DNA of 63,858 nucleotides, filler included, from Octopus bimaculoides (Eukaryota): the NCBI RefSeq assembly GCF_001194135.2. It is 6 parts of 4 records of this genome, joined end to end, with 100 filler letters (N's around TTAATTAATTAA, not from the genome) between each part and the next. Parts side by side here need not be neighbours in the genome. Positions count along the whole stretch, not along the records: positions 7,859 to 28,083 come from NC_068983.1; 5 more parts are not named here. One strand, given 5' to 3'. Position numbers and translations under genes: made by a program. Shown here in pieces: positions 13,732 to 25,555 of this stretch (within the stretch, counting starts at the first letter, position 1; each line of letters begins with the position of its first letter). The notes below the pieces were generated by a model. The model saw only the letters and a program-made list of their open reading frames with translations. It had not been told where the DNA came from and searched no databases.

Positions 13732-14592
13732 AATGAGTTATTAAACAATATTATATTATATATTGCAACATATTCTGTATAGCTTGCTAAACGTCCATTA
13801 TGTCAATGGCGAAAATGCTCCGATTTCGTTCAGTTTTCAGTCTTTTCCCTTTATTTACATTTTACAAAATGAATCGTATCTACCGTTATATGGAATACAC
13901 AAAAGTAAGTAATCAAGTAGCAGTCAATTGTATATTAGATTTTATGTTCTACGCCAGTCGAACTAAGATATATAAGTTTGAAGCCAGCAATTATCGAGGT
14001 CAGATACCATCCTAAACTCATGAAATGTTTAATTAATAGAAGCAAAAAATTTATTTGGGTTGAATAGATCTTCTGCATAAAACGATTTAACTTTTAGTGC
14101 AATATTTTTGATTCATGCAATCAATTTCTGTTTGAACAATCATTCAAGTTTAAAATTGTCAGATTATCAATACCCCCAATGTAACGGAGTAATGAATTGA
14201 CACAGAATGCGTATAGCCTTCAATTACTTTGTAAGTTATATGTAATAATACTTGATAGACTTTCAATCAAATGTATTAATTTTTGAGTGAGTGAACAATA
14301 TCGAACAACGTAAGTAGAGATGCTTTTTTCAGAAAGGGAAAGGTGTGAAAGCATTTAAAATATGTCAGCCAAAATTTTCAGATGAGGCCACAAAACACTT
14401 AGCTGTTGATTACTTATTTTTGTTTATTCCATATAATAAATGGCTGAGGCGATTCATTTTGCAAATGTAAACAAAAGGAAAAGTCTAAAAACTGAACAAA
14501 ATCGGAGCATTTTCGCTATTAAAATAATGGGCCTTTCGCAAGCTATACAGAATATGATGCCATATGTATGATATTGCTTAATAACTCATTTT
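13732..14592. mobile_element. Non-autonomous DNA element with ~190-bp terminal inverted repeats (MULE/foldback-like)
   Basis: 13732-13920 is the reverse complement of 14403-14592, e.g. GCGAAAATGCTCCGATTTCGTTCAGTTTT vs AAAAACTGAACAAAATCGGAGCATTTTCGC and CATATTCTGTATAGCTTGC vs GCAAGCTATACAGAATATG; roughly 75-80% identical by eye; no TSD identified. Confidence 0.75.
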
Positions 14593-15036
14593 CTATGGTA
14601 ACTTATAAACAAAAATTTTAATTCAAATTTCAAATTTTGCCCTTACTCGCTTGTTATTTGAGTCAAAAATTTCGTAACTCATTCAAGCAAGAACCTTTTA
14701 TCAAGTTGCATTGATATATTGAAGTGTTGCATTTCAACAGATCAGTAAATAAAAAGTTTAGAGGTTTTATGAAACCAGTCTCCATTCACACACATTTAAA
14801 AGTTTTATTGAAAGCGATCGTGAGTTAGAAATATATTAACAAAGAAGTAACATACTTATTTCTTTTTCTCAAGTAAGGCTTGCCAAAACGGATGCGCCTC
14901 TTTTAAACTTGTGCGTCTTAGAAACTATCAAATATAGTAAATCGTTCACACACTCGTACATATGTATATGTAAATATATAAATACATAAATATATATGAA
15001 TGTATGTATGTATGTATGTATGTATATCTATGTGTG

Positions 15037-15072
<36 letters not shown>

Positions 15073-15845
15073 CACTCACACATACATACATATGGTAAGG
15101 GTCTGTGTGTTCTGTTATTGTTTGTGTGTATATTACAAATAGGCTAAGTATTAACTGTATAGGCGGAAGTGCACGTGCACTGACACATACACACACACAC
15201 AAAATATGCATGTATAATAGCTACGTACATGCACATTCACAAATTCCTGTACACAAACGCGTACACGCACACGCATGCACACAAACACGCACTCGTATAT
15301 ATGTGTATATGTATATGCATACATACATGTATACATACATGACATACATACGTGCATAGCTAATAAGCAAGTATTTAAAATTTCAAAGTATTCTTTAAGC
15401 TATATACTTGGGCTTCTTCCCATTACCAATGGCTATATATATATTCTTATATACGATATTGATATTAAAAGAATATGCATAGACAAATTACGAAATCCTT
15501 TAACTGTGTTGCTTTCATTCATTTTTCCTTTTGTTTTGTTTTTTTCCTATCTTTATTTCTACGCCGCTCTTAAAAGGATTACATACAAGTATTTAATTAT
15601 TCGTTCGATTCAATTTGCATGTGGTGTTTATGATAATAACAATCACAAGACCCACATTTGCAAGTAACCATTGATGTACTAATAATAGAAATAGTTAGTT
15701 CTAAAGAACTTATATTGGTGACCTCCTGTGTGATACTGTAAAAGACGAACTTCATTTACAGTGAAGCTTAGTTAAGCTCAAAGGGAGATAATGCAGATTA
15801 GTGTTGAGCAGCAGTATTTACAAAACAGTGTTCGTAAAATTGATT

Positions 15846-16041
15846 TCAAATTTTGGCATAAAGCCATCAAGTTCGGCGGAGGGGATAAGTCGATTACATC
15901 GACCCCAGTGCTCAACTGGTACTCATTTAATCAACTCTGAAAGTCAAAGTCTACTTCGGTGGAATTTGAACTCAGAACATAAAGACAGACGAAATGTCAC
16001 TGAGCCTGTCCAGCGTGCTCACGTTTCTGCTAGCTCGCCAC
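15846..16041 (-). mobile_element. SINE (GGCGGTGAGCTGGCAGAATCG family)
   Basis: Reverse complement of the 16079 and 23525 copies. Confidence 0.85.
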
Positions 16042-16078
16042 TTTGTAAAACATTGATAATATTGCAGTGAGGAATTTA

Positions 16079-16283
16079 GGTGGTGAGCTCGCAGAATCGT
16101 TAGCACTCAGGGCAAAATTCTTAACGGTATTTTGTCCGTCTTTACGTTCTGGCTTCAAATTCCGCTGAGGTCGACTTTGCCTTCCATCCCTTTTGAGATC
16201 GATAAAATAGGTACCAGTTGAGCACAGAGGTCGATGTAATTGACTTTCCTCCGAAATTGCTGGCCTTGTACCAAAACTTGAAG
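16079..16283 (+). mobile_element. SINE, same family, head-to-head with the 15846 copy
   Basis: GGTGGTGAGCTCGCAGAATCGTTAGCAC...CTGGCTTCAAATTCC...GGCCTTGTACCAAAACTTGAAG. Confidence 0.85.
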
Positions 16284-17732
16284 CTATTATTGCTGTGAGG
16301 AATAAACTGTCTCACGCTTCCGTTTCTTTGCATTTCAAAGAACTCTCCTTACAGACGACAAATTTTTTATTAAGAATTTATGATTCATAAAAATGTATAT
16401 ACTTTATAGGCTAACAAGCGGAAATTGCCAGCAAACCTGATTCACCAGGATCTTATCAACTCTTGCCTTGCCTCAGCGGTGTTGTTTAAGCCTAGATCAT
16501 TTCTGATCAAGTAGATTAATTATTACCAGCGCGTTGCTGAATTTAAATCTTCTAAATTCACTTCAGCAATTTAAACGATACAATTCAGCTAGCTGTAATT
16601 ATGTGACGAGTAGACGAGCGAACTGTTTGATTGATGTCTGTTCCATTCGTCCAAGAGTGACTTGAATAATTGTTTGGAAGACAAGTAAGCTTCTCCAATT
16701 GGTCAGAGAAGGAGTGGAAGTTACCAGGCTGATGACACCTTCCACACCCCACATCCCACACCCGATAATTTGTATACCTTTAAAAGAGTTCAAACTGCTG
16801 AAGCTATTCGGACCAGATCCCTGATTCACTCTCTGACCATACTCATTCCTGTAGAAACTGGTCTCCGGATGCCTGTTCAAGCTGGGCAATTTCACCAGTC
16901 CGGAAAGACCTTAAAAAGGAATTGCCCTTTTTTACTAATATATACCTCAAGCCTCTCAGACTCGTAAAACGATGCCCAGTTGGACTTTTGAAAGTTTGAT
17001 GACAGCAGGAAAATCTATGAATTGCTTCAGATTCACAATATAAAAACGAGGTTTTTAGGTCTTTAGAACCCAATGGGACATAAGTTGCACTTTCTACGAT
17101 TCATTTAGTCGAAAACAACAAAATTGTAAAGTAACTTCTACACTAGTCGCTCCATCTTTTAGAAATAGCAGTCAAAGTTGTCTCAAATTTCACACATCTA
17201 CCTTTAAAACAAAAGAGAGAGAGAGAATATATGGGTACTGTAGTCCACTTGCGGAAGAAAATAAAACAAATGATCGTGGATGGGATGCTTTTCATCAAAG
17301 CACTGCTTGACCAGGTCTAACCTCGTGCTAAATAGCAACAAAAAGCAGAAACTCTCAGCAGATTTGACTCCCCAAGATCTTATCACCTCTTGCTTTATGG
17401 TCGTTCTTTAGTCTCATGTCATATCTGACCAAGCAGATCTATTATCATAAGGCATTCCTGCCGTAATCTTCCCGTCTTTTTCTTATGTTGTATTTCAGTT
17501 ACGGTGTAGCTAAGATTACATTATCCAAAGTCTCCTTTGTTGAAAGGGCAGGGTGTGATTTGAAGAAAATGTTGATACTATTTCTAACAAGTCGAGTCAG
17601 TACGTAGAAGTTATTCCATCGGCTTGTCTTGCTCTATGGTGCTTACTACAGATATTAAATTAACTAGACCAATGATGACGAGTCATTTTAGCCAAGCATA
17701 TCGGAATTTTAATTTCTTTAGTCTTATTAGGT

Positions 17733-17982
17733 GGAGACGCGTAGCTTAGTGGTTAAGGTGTTGGACTCATGATCGTAAGATTGTGGTTTCGATTCTTGGA
17801 CCGGGCAACGCGTTGTGTTCTTGAACAAAACATTTCATTTCACATTGCTCCAGTCCACTCAACTGGCAAAAATTAGTAACTCTGCGACGGACCGGGGTCC
17901 TGTCTAGGTGGGGTATATAGATACACACCATGAAAACCGAGAAATCGACCCAATGAGTCTGTATGACTCAGGAAGGACCTTT
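17733..17982 (+). mobile_element. tRNA-derived SINE with central TTGCTCCAGTCCACTCAACTGG domain
   Basis: A box TAGCTTAGTGG, B-box-like GTTTCGATTC; head shared with the 55043-55336 copy. Confidence 0.75.
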
Positions 17983-18349
17983 ATTTTACTCAGTCTTGTT
18001 ATTAGAGTGTCACATGTAAGTATACATGTATCTAGTTTAAATGATTTGATACGAAAATCGTATGTTCGCCATCACAGAACAAGACAAGCAATATCCTTAT
18101 CCGTCGCCTATTATTGATCTATTGCGATGTTGCAAACGATGTAAGACTTCAAAAACCTACTGAATTAGTGAGGTTTCATTTCGTAAGTCTTTCAATAACC
18201 AGTGTGGTTGATTTCTTTCGCCTTCCCAAACAGTTCAGTACTCTAAAATAGGGAAACACTTTCCGATTGTATATCATTCCTTCTGTTATTTATCATTAGA
18301 CTATAGTTGATCCACTGAGTGTCAAGAACTATGTTACGAGAGTTCTGTA

Positions 18350-18750
18350 ATTTTGGCAGAAGGTCAGTAATTTCGGGATGGTAGTAAGTCGATTACATCG
18401 ACCCCCAGTACTCAACTGGTACTTATTTCATCGACCCCGAAAGGATAAAAGGCAAAGTTGACCTCGACGGAATTTGAACTCAGAATATAAAAGATAGATA
18501 AAATGCTGCTAACCATTTTGCTCGGCGTGTTAACGATTCTTTTCCACTCTAGGCACAAGGCCCGAAATTATTGAGGAGGGGGCCAGTCGATTAGATCGAT
18601 CCCAGTACGCAACTGGTACTTAATTTATCGACCCCGAAAGGATGAAAGGCAAAGTCGACCTCGGCGGAATTTAAACTCAGAACGTAAAAACAGACGAAAT
18701 ACGCTAAGCATTTCGCCTGGTATGCTAACGATTCTGCCTGCTAACCGCTT
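18350..18750 (-). mobile_element. Head-to-tail SINE dimer (same family as 16079)
   Basis: Two copies, 18350-18540 (head truncated) and 18541-18750, joined through an AGAAT microhomology. Confidence 0.85.
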
Positions 18751-19299
18751 TAGCATTGTGTAATATTAACAACAATCTACGAAAGAATATTTCATTGGCA
18801 GGCCGATATCTCACCAATTCCATCGGCTCTAGGTTAATCAGTATATTTTCAGGCCCATATAAGCTGATATTAGTTCTAGCCCAGAGGTGAAAGTAGGCTC
18901 CGTCTCAAACAGTGATAGGTCCAAGGTAGATATAAAATGTAACTCCATTTCAGCTGATTTCAGAACCAGGCCTGATTTAAAATCTAAGTTCATTTCATCT
19001 AGTAATAGGCCCAATAAGATCTGAAACATCCCCACCTCAGCTGGTAAAAGGTGTAGGCTTGATGCGAAATGTAAACCCATTTCATAAGGCAAAGAGAATG
19101 GCAATCTTTAGAACGTCGGAAAGAATGGTTCATAGTATTTGTTCCGGCTCTCTGCGCTCTAAATTCAAATCCATGACTTTCATCCTTCCGGTGCCAATAT
19201 AAAAAGTTACCAATCTAGGACTGCTAATGATAACATTTTCTTGATAATTGCTGCAATTGTGTATTTGTACTGTCAAGGACACGATTGATATGACCCCCA

Positions 19300-19960
19300 T
19301 TGAAGGACGTCTCCGAGGTCTTTGTTCGTGAAATCAGCACAAATCTCAAATCAGTATGTTAGAAGTGTGATAGGATGATAGTTGCCCGGCCAGAGAGGTT
19401 GACCATTTAAGGGAATGGAACACACTGTAGAATATTTCAAAAGATGGAGTCATATTCCGAGAATGAAAGAGGCATGTAGATGCGTCGTCGGATTACTCGA
19501 TTGGTCCAAAGACGATGATGATTTGAGTTTGGAGGTGAGAAATATTTGAAGGATGCTTAAGGTGTCGGCGTGTCAATTAGTGGTGTATCTTGGGGAGAAA
19601 ACTGCTGTGAGGAGTTGAAGATTGTGAAAGATCCGGTTTCTGCCAGTAACATCAGTAAGAGATGAGTGTGGGAGCCAAAAGGAATTGTAAACATTGAAGT
19701 TCCCGAATATGGAAAGGAGATTACTTCGGAGCAGACAATGAAGTAAAATATTCTGGATGTAGAAAGAGATAAAGTCTAGAAGTTGGGTGGGGGAAAAGCA
19801 GAAATATTAAGTATTTAGAGAAGTGAGAGGTGGGGTGGAATTTGAGTCAGAGTAAATAGATATTAGTTTTCTTTACTGGTATCCATATAAGAGAGGTGAG
19901 AGACAGAAAGCACGGAATCTGAATATGCTAGGCACAGTAAAAACTCTAGATCTCAACTTT
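19300..19960 (-). mobile_element. Decayed CR1/L2/Jockey-type LINE, apurinic endonuclease domain
   Basis: LLSIFGNFNVYNSFWLPHSSLTDVTGR...FSPR...TLSILQIFLTS corresponds to the GDFNxHHxxW...PTR...LDLFLTS APE motifs. Confidence 0.7.
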
Positions 19961-20778
19961 ATTCATGTTTATATAATTTGAAGACACCATCCGTATTAAA
20001 ATCAATTATTAACTTTGTGTTAACAAATTTAACGCATGGAGAATAAATATGTGATGTGTGTATGTCCATGCGTGTAAAAACAGTTCTTTACAGATTTTTA
20101 TTTCTCAAGATGTCTATTTTTATACATTTTATGAAAATGTAAATACACAATCAGAAAACTACAAAATATATGTATGAGAATGAAGACATGGATTTCAGAA
20201 AGCAGTGAAAGAAAGTAATTAAGTAAAGATAACAGGAGCGATTTAAAGAACGGGCAACATTATTATGAATTCTTTTGAATTATTCAATAAAAGAATAAGA
20301 AAAAGAATTCGAATGTGGTATAGAGTAGATTCTGAACTGAAGTACAAGTAAAAGTAAATGAACAATGAAGCGAAAAACATTTTGGACTAACGAAATAAGT
20401 GATTAAATTTATGCTGTGGGGTGTTTTATTGAGAAAAATTCTTATCAATTCAGTCGCTTTTCTGTTTTCTATTTTTCTAAACAAGAAATAGACAGGGATA
20501 TCTGCACGAAATACTGTGCGGATAACAATGTTTTATGAATCATATATAATATACGGCAAATAAAACTGTCTGCCTTTTTTATGTCATATTCTCATTGCTT
20601 ATAATTCCATGGTTAGAGCTTTTCTCAACAAGTATATTACTGTGAGTCATGCAAGTATTTCTCTTTCCTAGTAAATAAAATGGTGAATGTGTTACTTCGA
20701 TGAATAGCGAGGAAGATATGCTTAAAGAGTTATTCCACTGCTTGGGGCTCATCTCTATGAATGGCAATAATTATCAAG

Positions 20779-21214
20779 ATCTGAGTGAGTAGAGAGGTAA
20801 TGCGGGGACCCAGAACGCCAGACGCTTCAATTGTTAAAGATTAGAACAGAAACCTATCGAAGAGCAACCAATATTAACGGTTCTCCGCCTACTAAACGAC
20901 GAAACCTGTATCAGACACCAATTCCATCACATTACCACTGGAAAAAGCATCGTTGCAGATCGCATCCCAGATTAGAGACTTGGAAGGAAAATTTTATTTT
21001 GCGATTCAGTTCTTTGTTGTCTGCTACCAGCTCCAATTTTGATGGTAAACCTACGGCCCTTAAACGACGATTGACGATATTGTTGAGAGAAGCATGCTGA
21101 CTGAAACAGTCGGTGCTGAGGTAGCATCACAATGGGTAGAAACTGAAAACGACTATACGAGACCTGCCAGAGCATTTGAGTCGCTCGCAAATCCAAAATC
21201 CAAATCTGAGTGAG
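20779..21214 (+). mobile_element. Probable 5'-truncated LINE 3' end flanked by 11-bp direct repeats
   Basis: ATCTGAGTGAG at 20779-20789 and 21204-21214; GC-richer insert ending in AATCCA-like repeats; weak RTE-like TT(W)IDDI motif. Confidence 0.45.
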
Positions 21215-21499
21215 ACGCTACGTGCTAGAGTTCAATCATGCACAAATATGGGAATATGGGATGAAGCTGAAACACGCCAGTCCATGCTGGTTTCATTTTC
21301 AATACATTATGAGATATATTAGTTTGTCTTGTATTTTCAGTTCCCGGCAAGAACAAGAGAAAACTCTCAAATTTCTGTCAAATTATGTTTTTTTACCAAT
21401 AACTGATGGGGGATGAACATGTTCACGTCTCTACATGTGCAATTTTTTAGTATATATATATGTATGCATATATATATATGTATGTATATATATATATGC

Positions 21500-21575
<76 letters not shown>

Positions 21576-21576
21576 G

Positions 21577-21655
<79 letters not shown>

Positions 21656-21859
21656 GGTGAAACTGCAACCCATAGATAATTCTTTATTGTGTATATTTCT
21701 CATTTTGTCCTGTTCTGGTGTTTTGCGAAATTTTTCTGGAGAATATTATTTTTCTTTGTGGTTGGGTCGTTGATGACCTCTTTCTAGCATATTGGATGTC
21801 CACCTAGTGATCATCCCTTATACACGTGTATATATATATATATATATATNNNNNNNNNN

Positions 21860-22180
21860 ATCGACCCCAGGACTTATTCTTTGGAAGCCTAGTACTTATT
21901 CTATCGGTCTCTCTTGCCGAACTGCTAAGTTACGGGGACATAAACACACCAGGATCGGTTGTCAAGCAATGCTAGGGAGACAAACACAGACACACAAACA
22001 CACATATATACATATACATATATACGACGGGCTTATTTCAGTTTCCGTCTACCAAATCCACTCACAAGGCTTTGGTCGGCTCGAGGCTATAGCAGAAGAC
22101 ACTTGCCCAAGATGCCACGCAGTGGGACTGAACCCGGAACCATGTGGTTAGTAAGCAAGCTACTTACCACACAGTCACTC
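21860..22180 (-). mobile_element. Bipartite SINE (GGCTGTGTGGTAAG... family) with internal CA/TA microsatellite
   Basis: Reverse complement of the 61770 head and the 26744 3' half. Confidence 0.85.
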
Positions 22181-22274
22181 CATACATATACATACATACA
22201 TACACATATATATATATGTGTATATGTGCACCAGCATGACCGCAGCCACTTGGTTGAAACACATAAACACATAA

Positions 22275-22355
<81 letters not shown>

Positions 22356-23524
22356 ACTGTTCCATTAAGGTAATATCAGCAAAAAAAGTATTCCATCCAG
22401 TGAGAGATAAATATCATTTAATGTACATGTATTAAAGTAAAACCTCTACTGATAGTTTCTCACCATTAAGACTCTCAAGCAGGTTTTTATAACGTGCCTT
22501 GTATCTCCAAGCAATCTCCGGGACTTGAGCACATGGTTTGTCTAAATCGTCTTTCTAAAGCAACTGAACCCGATAGCTTATTTAATTAATAAAATATAAA
22601 TGCTTTCTTACTTTTTGCATGATAAAGTTCTCAAAGCATTTACTTACTTTATATACATATATTAATATATATATATATATCGGAGGGGGTGTATTAATTA
22701 ACAAAATACAAAATAAACTATTATCTATTTTCATTTTATTTTATTTCATTCTTTACCCTTTTTTCTATTTGTAAACTAACTAATACCAGAAAACGGCAAT
22801 TAAAAATTCCATAAACCACTTCAAAATTTTCCTTTGAGAGAATTTTTTTCTAGTAGACACAGAGGAATCAGTTATTAAATCAGTCGAACATCTCTTGGGA
22901 ACATGTGGCGGACAACAGCGAATGATACTGAAGAGATGTTGTCAGGTAAAGTGTGTATGCGCGTGTATTTGAATCTGTGTGTGTGTGTGTGTGTGTGTGA
23001 TTATAACAGCAGACGTTCAAAACAAAATAAAGTCAAAGAAGATCATAAAATGAAAAGAAAGGAAATGAAAAAAATGGAATGGAAAGTAAGAAGAATATAA
23101 CGAAACGGACGAACGGCTGGTGAAATAAAGGGGAAGAAGAACAAGAAGAGAGCTTTAGAGAGAAAGGAGAAACAAGCAGCCAAGCAGAAGGATATCTAAA
23201 TTATACAACTCAACTGGAAGAGAAAAATAAAAGGAAGTAAAAGTTTTTAGAAGTTAGATAAAGTGATTCCAGAATATATTATTAAATTCAGAAAAATGCA
23301 CTGGTTCCTGCCTCTGTCAAAAACATCATGATTTACCTATGGATCTTCAGATGCTTAGCTCTCACCAGTACTCTTATACTTGAGTGAGAACCATTAACGC
23401 CTAAGTAGGAACAAGTCAATAGTATTTTTGTTGTTGCGTTGTAGTTTAATCCTAGGTCAACCTTGATCAAAGATATCCAGCCTGTCTTCTATTCAATCAT
23501 AATATATCTTCTAAGTCTACATGA

Positions 23525-23735
23525 AAGCGGTGAGCTGGCAAAATCGTTAACTAGCCGAACAAAGTGCTTAGCGGCATTACGTCCGTCTTTATGTTCTGAG
23601 TTCAAATTCCGTCAAGGTCAGCTTAGCTTTTCATCCTTTCGGAGTAGACAAAATAAATACCAGTTGAGCACTGGGATCGATGTAATCGACTTACCCACTC
23701 CCCCGAAACTGCTGGTCTTGTGCCAAAATATGAAG
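23525..23735 (+). mobile_element. SINE (GGCGGTGAGCTGGCA family)
   Basis: Full-length match to the 16079 copy. Confidence 0.85.
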
Positions 23736-24129
23736 TTAATATATTTAAGGCTACATTGCCCATTGTGTCCTTGTTAAGGGTTCGTAGAATCAAGGTTTTC
23801 AGAATTTAAATCACAATCACCTGTGTTGACATATAGAGACTGCAGATCCAAACCTTCAACAAAATACGTATAGATGCCTCCAAAAATCAAATCCCATTAA
23901 CCAACAAAGTTCTAGTTATACACCAGAAGTAGCCAATCTCATAAAGACCAAGGACTACTTCAAACACAATATACCAGAACCTCACGCAACTGAAACGAAC
24001 CTCGGCATCAGAGAACTAAACGGGCAATTTTTTTAAATTTTTGTAACCCTTGTTCCACTCAACTGCTATATTTTTCCCTTCCCTTCTAATACCACCACTC
24101 TTACTGGGCCCAACTATTCTACTTTGCTC

Positions 24130-24441
24130 ATTAGAGACCCTTTCGGGTGCTCCTCCACTAATCTCTTCCACGGACTAAAATGATTCCGCTGCAAATCCAT
24201 TTATATCAAGTAATTAGGGCATCAAGTGGCGAAAAGATTTGGAGAGAACCTTAGAAACATCCGATTTGGCAACAAGTCACCTATCATTCCCCATTTCCGC
24301 TCTATTGACCACTCTGTCCTTTATGTCTCTTTCTTCGACCAAACCGCGAACACTGGATCTCTTGCCTCTAGCTTCCAAGGGGAACAGGAGGTCATTTTCC
24401 TTCTCCAAATCTTTATCCTGTATATGAATTCCCAGCGCTAA
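24130..24441 (+). mobile_element. Penelope-like GIY-YIG endonuclease remnant (second lineage)
   Basis: FGCSSTNLFHGLKxFRCKSIYIKxLGHQVAKRFGENLRNIR...PIIPHF...HS...EQEVIFLL matches FTCxSxNVIYxIxCxxCxxxYIGETxRxLxxRFxEH...PVAxHF...EQxLIFxL. Confidence 0.7.
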
Positions 24442-24982
24442 CTTACTTTCCGAAAACTCCTCCTTTCACACACACACACACACATAGTCGCGCCGATTTT
24501 GGCTTTCCCATACATAAGCCTCACAAGAAAAACCAGCGTGTACACACACACACACTCGACTGAGATGCTCAAACAGAAACACATACACACGCAGACGCGC
24601 GCGTGCAAATACACACGCAAATCACACACATACATCGCTTCCTATAGTAACCTACATCTACACCACCCATTACAACAATCAAACACACGCACACAAATTA
24701 ACATTCATCCTTCAGTCATTCTGTCCTCTGAATGACCTTTAAATTTTTAGAAAGAATACTTATACTTTGGGATGTGCACTTGCCAGGCAAGTGATTTCAT
24801 CTGAGAGCGTGTGTTGAATCTAAAACGACTGCAGCGTTGGAGACAAATATTAGGGATTCGAAAATACGCAAAGGTTGTTAAACATTCATTATTAGTTACT
24901 TTGGTGTCGAAATTTACCAACGCACGAACTGCGACCTGGTCACTGACAAGATTATACGACATCTAATTCGTGAGTTTATTAG

Positions 24983-25020
<38 letters not shown>

Positions 25021-25200
25021 NNNNNNNNNNTGGCTACTGAATAAGTGTCACATATTTTTACAGATATATATATATATATATTTACTATTTGTTTTTACAT
25101 GATTGAACGCAGCGTCTCCAATTGTAAGTAGTTTTTCGTAACTTCATATTTTCCGACGCTACTCTATCTCTTTCTCTTTCTCTTCCTCTATCATTTCCCC

Positions 25201-25555
25201 CCTCGTTCTTCCTCTTTACTACTACGTATCTCGCTTTACCCCTCTCGTTCTTCCTCTGTTACTACTACGTATCTTTTTTTTCCCCTCGTACTTCCTCTCT
25301 TTCTCTTTTCCTTTCGTTGCTCACCTATTCTTCTACTTCCTCCCTTTGTTTCTCCCTCTACCACTCTCTCTCTTCCCCTCGTTCTTCCTCTTTACTACTA
25401 CGTATCTTGCTTTACCCCTCTCGTTCTTCCCTCTGTTACTACTACGTATCTCTTTTTTTCCCTCGTACTTCCTCTATTTCTCTTTTCCTATCGTTGCTCG
25501 CCTATTCTTCTACTTCCTCCCTTTGTTTCTCCCTCTACCACTCTCTCCCTTCCCC
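25201..25555. repeat. Pyrimidine-rich 176-bp tandem duplication with ~39-bp internal subrepeats
   Basis: CCTCGTTCTTCCTCTTTACTACTACGTATC starts at 25201 and 25377. Confidence 0.85.

Noticed and set aside
16599-17073. GC-richer block with overlapping ORFs and a possible phase 1-1 minus exon (LSGLVKLPSLNRH...SFK)
   Set aside because: Not recognisable as guanylyl-cyclase or Pcdh sequence, splice sites mediocre; may be old TE.
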